Assembly: GCA_946965045.2 (NCBI GenBank)
Contig: OX337229.1
Location: 6,014,001 to 6,078,000 of the forward strand
Direction of reading: 5' to 3'
Length of the DNA stretch: 64,000 nucleotides
From: Epithemia pelagica
Lineage: Eukaryota > Protista > Bacillariophyta
This document shows positions 61,801 through 64,000 of the stretch, piece after piece. The notes under the pieces are model-generated. The model made no database searches and was not told the DNA's origin. It saw only the letters and a list, made by a program, of their open reading frames with translations. Made by a program: the position numbers and the translations under genes. Each line of letters starts with the position of its first letter. Position 1 is the first letter of the stretch.

Positions 61801-64000
61801 CGACTTGAGGCTATAGTACTATAAGATTTGTCGCCATTTGTTTCGCGTGAGAACAACTCTAGAATCCGCATGTTTTGGAATGTGAAAAAGGTGTCACTTA
61901 TAGTCCACGCCATAAGGTATCTGATGATGTAATGCAATTTGGGTTCGGCAACTTTGATGGTATACTTGTTCCTGTTCGACTTGAGGCTATACTACTATAA
62001 GATTTGTCGCCATTTGTTTCGCGTGAGAACAACTCTAGAATCCACAGGTTTTGGAATGTGAAAATGGTGTCACTTATAGTCCACGCCATAAGGTATCTGA
62101 TAATGCAATGCAATTTGGGTTCGGCAACTTTGATGGTATACTTGTTCCTGTTCGACTTGAGGCTATAGTACTATAAGATTTGTCGCCATTTGTTTCGCGT
62201 GAGAACAACTCTAGTATCCACAGGTTTTGGAATGTCAAAATGGTGTCACTTATAGTCCACGCCATAAGGTATCTGATGATGCAATGCAATTTGGGTGCGG
62301 CAACTTTGATGGTATACTTGTTCCTGTTCGCCTTGAGGCTATAGTACTATAAGATTTGTCGCCATTTGTTTCGCATGAGAACAACTCTAGAATCCACAGG
62401 TTTTGGAATGTGAAAAAGGTGTCACTTATAGTCCACGCCATAAGGTATCTGATGATGTAATGCAATTTGGGTTCGGCAACTTTGATGGTATACTTGTTCC
62501 TGTTCCACTTGAGGCTATTGTACTATAAGATTTGTCGCCATTTGTTTCGCGTGAGAACAACTCTAGAATCCACAGGTTTTGGAATGTGAAAATGGTGTCA
62601 CTTATAGTCCACGCCATAAGGTATCTGATGTTGCAATGCAATTTGGGTTCGGCAACTTAAATGGTATACTTGTTCCTGTTCGACTTGAGGCTATTGTACT
62701 ATAAGATTTGTCGCCATTTGTTTCGCGTGAGAACAACTCTAGAATCCACAGGTTTTGGAATGTGAAAATGGTGTCACTTATAGTCCACGCCATAAGGTAT
62801 CTGATGATGCAATGCAATTTGGGTTCGGCAACTTAAATGGTATACTTGTTCCTGTTCGACTTGAGGCTATTGTACTATAAGATTTGTCGCCATTTGTTTC
62901 GCGTGAGAACAACTCTAGTATCCACAGGTTTTGGAATATGAACCTGTTGTCACTTATAGTCCACGCCATAAGGTATCTGATGATGTAATGCAATTTGGGT
63001 TCGGCAACTTTGATGGTATACTTGTTCCTGTTCGACTTGAGGCTATAGTACTATAAGATTTGTCGCCATTTGTTTCGCGTGAGAACAACTCTAGTATCCA
63101 CAGGTTTTGGAATATGAACCTGTTGTCACTTATAGTCCACGCCATAAGGTATCTGATGATGCAATGCAATTTGGGTTCGGCAACTTAAATGGTATACTTG
63201 TTCCTGATCGACTTGAGGCTATTGTACTATAAGATTTGTCGCCATTTGTTTCGCGTGAGAACAACTCTAGAATCCACAGGTTTTGGAATGTGAAAATGGT
63301 GTCACTTATAGTCCACGCCATAAGGTATCTGATGTTGTTATGCAATTTGGGTGCGGCAACTTTGATGGTATACTTGCTCCTGTTCAACTTGAGGCTATTG
63401 TACTATAAGATTTGTCGCCATTTGTTTCGCGTGAGAACAACTCTAGAATCCACAGGTTTTGGAATGTGAAAATGGTGTCACTTATAGTCCACGCCATAAG
63501 GTATCTGATAATTCAATGCAATTTGGGTTCGACAACTTTGATGGTATACTTGTTCCTGTTCGACTTGAGGCTATAGTACTATAAGATTTGTCGCCATTTG
63601 TTTCGCGTGAAAACAACTCTAGTATCCACAGGTTTTGGAATGTGAAAATGGTGTCACTTATAGTCCACGCCATAAGGTATCTGATAATTCAATGCAATTT
63701 GGGTTCGACAACTTTGATGGTATACTTGTTCCTGTTCGACTTGAGGCTATAGTACTATAAGATTTGTCGCCATTTGTTTCGCGTGAGAACAACTCTAGTA
63801 TCCACATGTTTTGGAATGTGAAAAAGGTGTCACTTATATTCCACGCCATACGATATCTGATGATGCAATGCAATTTGGGTGCGGCAACTTTGATGGTATA
63901 CTTGTTCCTGTTCGCCTTGAGGCTATAGTACTATAAGATTTGTCGCCATTTGTTTCGCATGAGAACAACTCTAGAATCCACAGGTTTTGGAATGTGAAAA
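58803..64000. repeat. 176-bp satellite block (about 29.5 monomers), continuing beyond the window
   Basis: Head-to-tail monomers; one has a 20-bp internal duplication near 61725-61760. Confidence 0.98.

Noticed and set aside
38121-63873. Dozens of near-identical 63-85-aa ORFs ('MHCIIRYLMAW...', 'MSPFVSREN...')
   Set aside because: They are by-products of the 176-bp satellite. The period is not a multiple of 3, starts are TTG/CTG, and there is no sign of a protein array.
38081-64000. Telomeric repeats or rDNA
   Set aside because: No TTAGGG-type arrays or rRNA-like sequence were seen, so a chromosome-end location cannot be asserted from this window.

Overview
Eukaryotic nuclear DNA, most likely a pennate diatom. 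This is inferred from short GT-AG introns, (AAC)n tracts, a diatom-type (CoDi) copia element, plant-type ALDH12 and an ASAFAP-like motif. The window has three zones. (1) 1-28.5 kb is gene-dense: a repeat membrane protein, an EXS protein, SWR1 with an unusual WW/F-box/beta-helix tail, LSM14, a FYR-DDT-bromo-PHD chromatin protein, PPIL2 and an INTS2-like gene. (2) 28.3-38 kb is rearranged: a cassette carrying the INTS2 5' end, its promoter and the 5' end of P5C dehydrogenase is duplicated in inverted orientation. One copy is fused to a (6-4) photolyase fragment and the other to a Crinkler-like NTPase/nuclease ORF, next to an intact ALDH12 gene. (3) From about 38.1 kb to the window end is a 176-bp satellite array with two clean insertions. 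One is a 5.4-kb copia element with apparently identical LTRs, a 5-bp TSD, TG...TA ends and a PBS matching the 5' half of tRNA-Asn. The other is an 11.9-kb Plavaka-like DNA transposon with 15-bp TIRs and a 2-bp TSD. It carries a transposase, an accessory gene, a spliced ~1300-aa pseudo-Ulp1/double-RING gene and an array of nine CGCT-N8-11-AGCG palindromes. All family assignments come from motifs read by eye; no searches or alignments were run.
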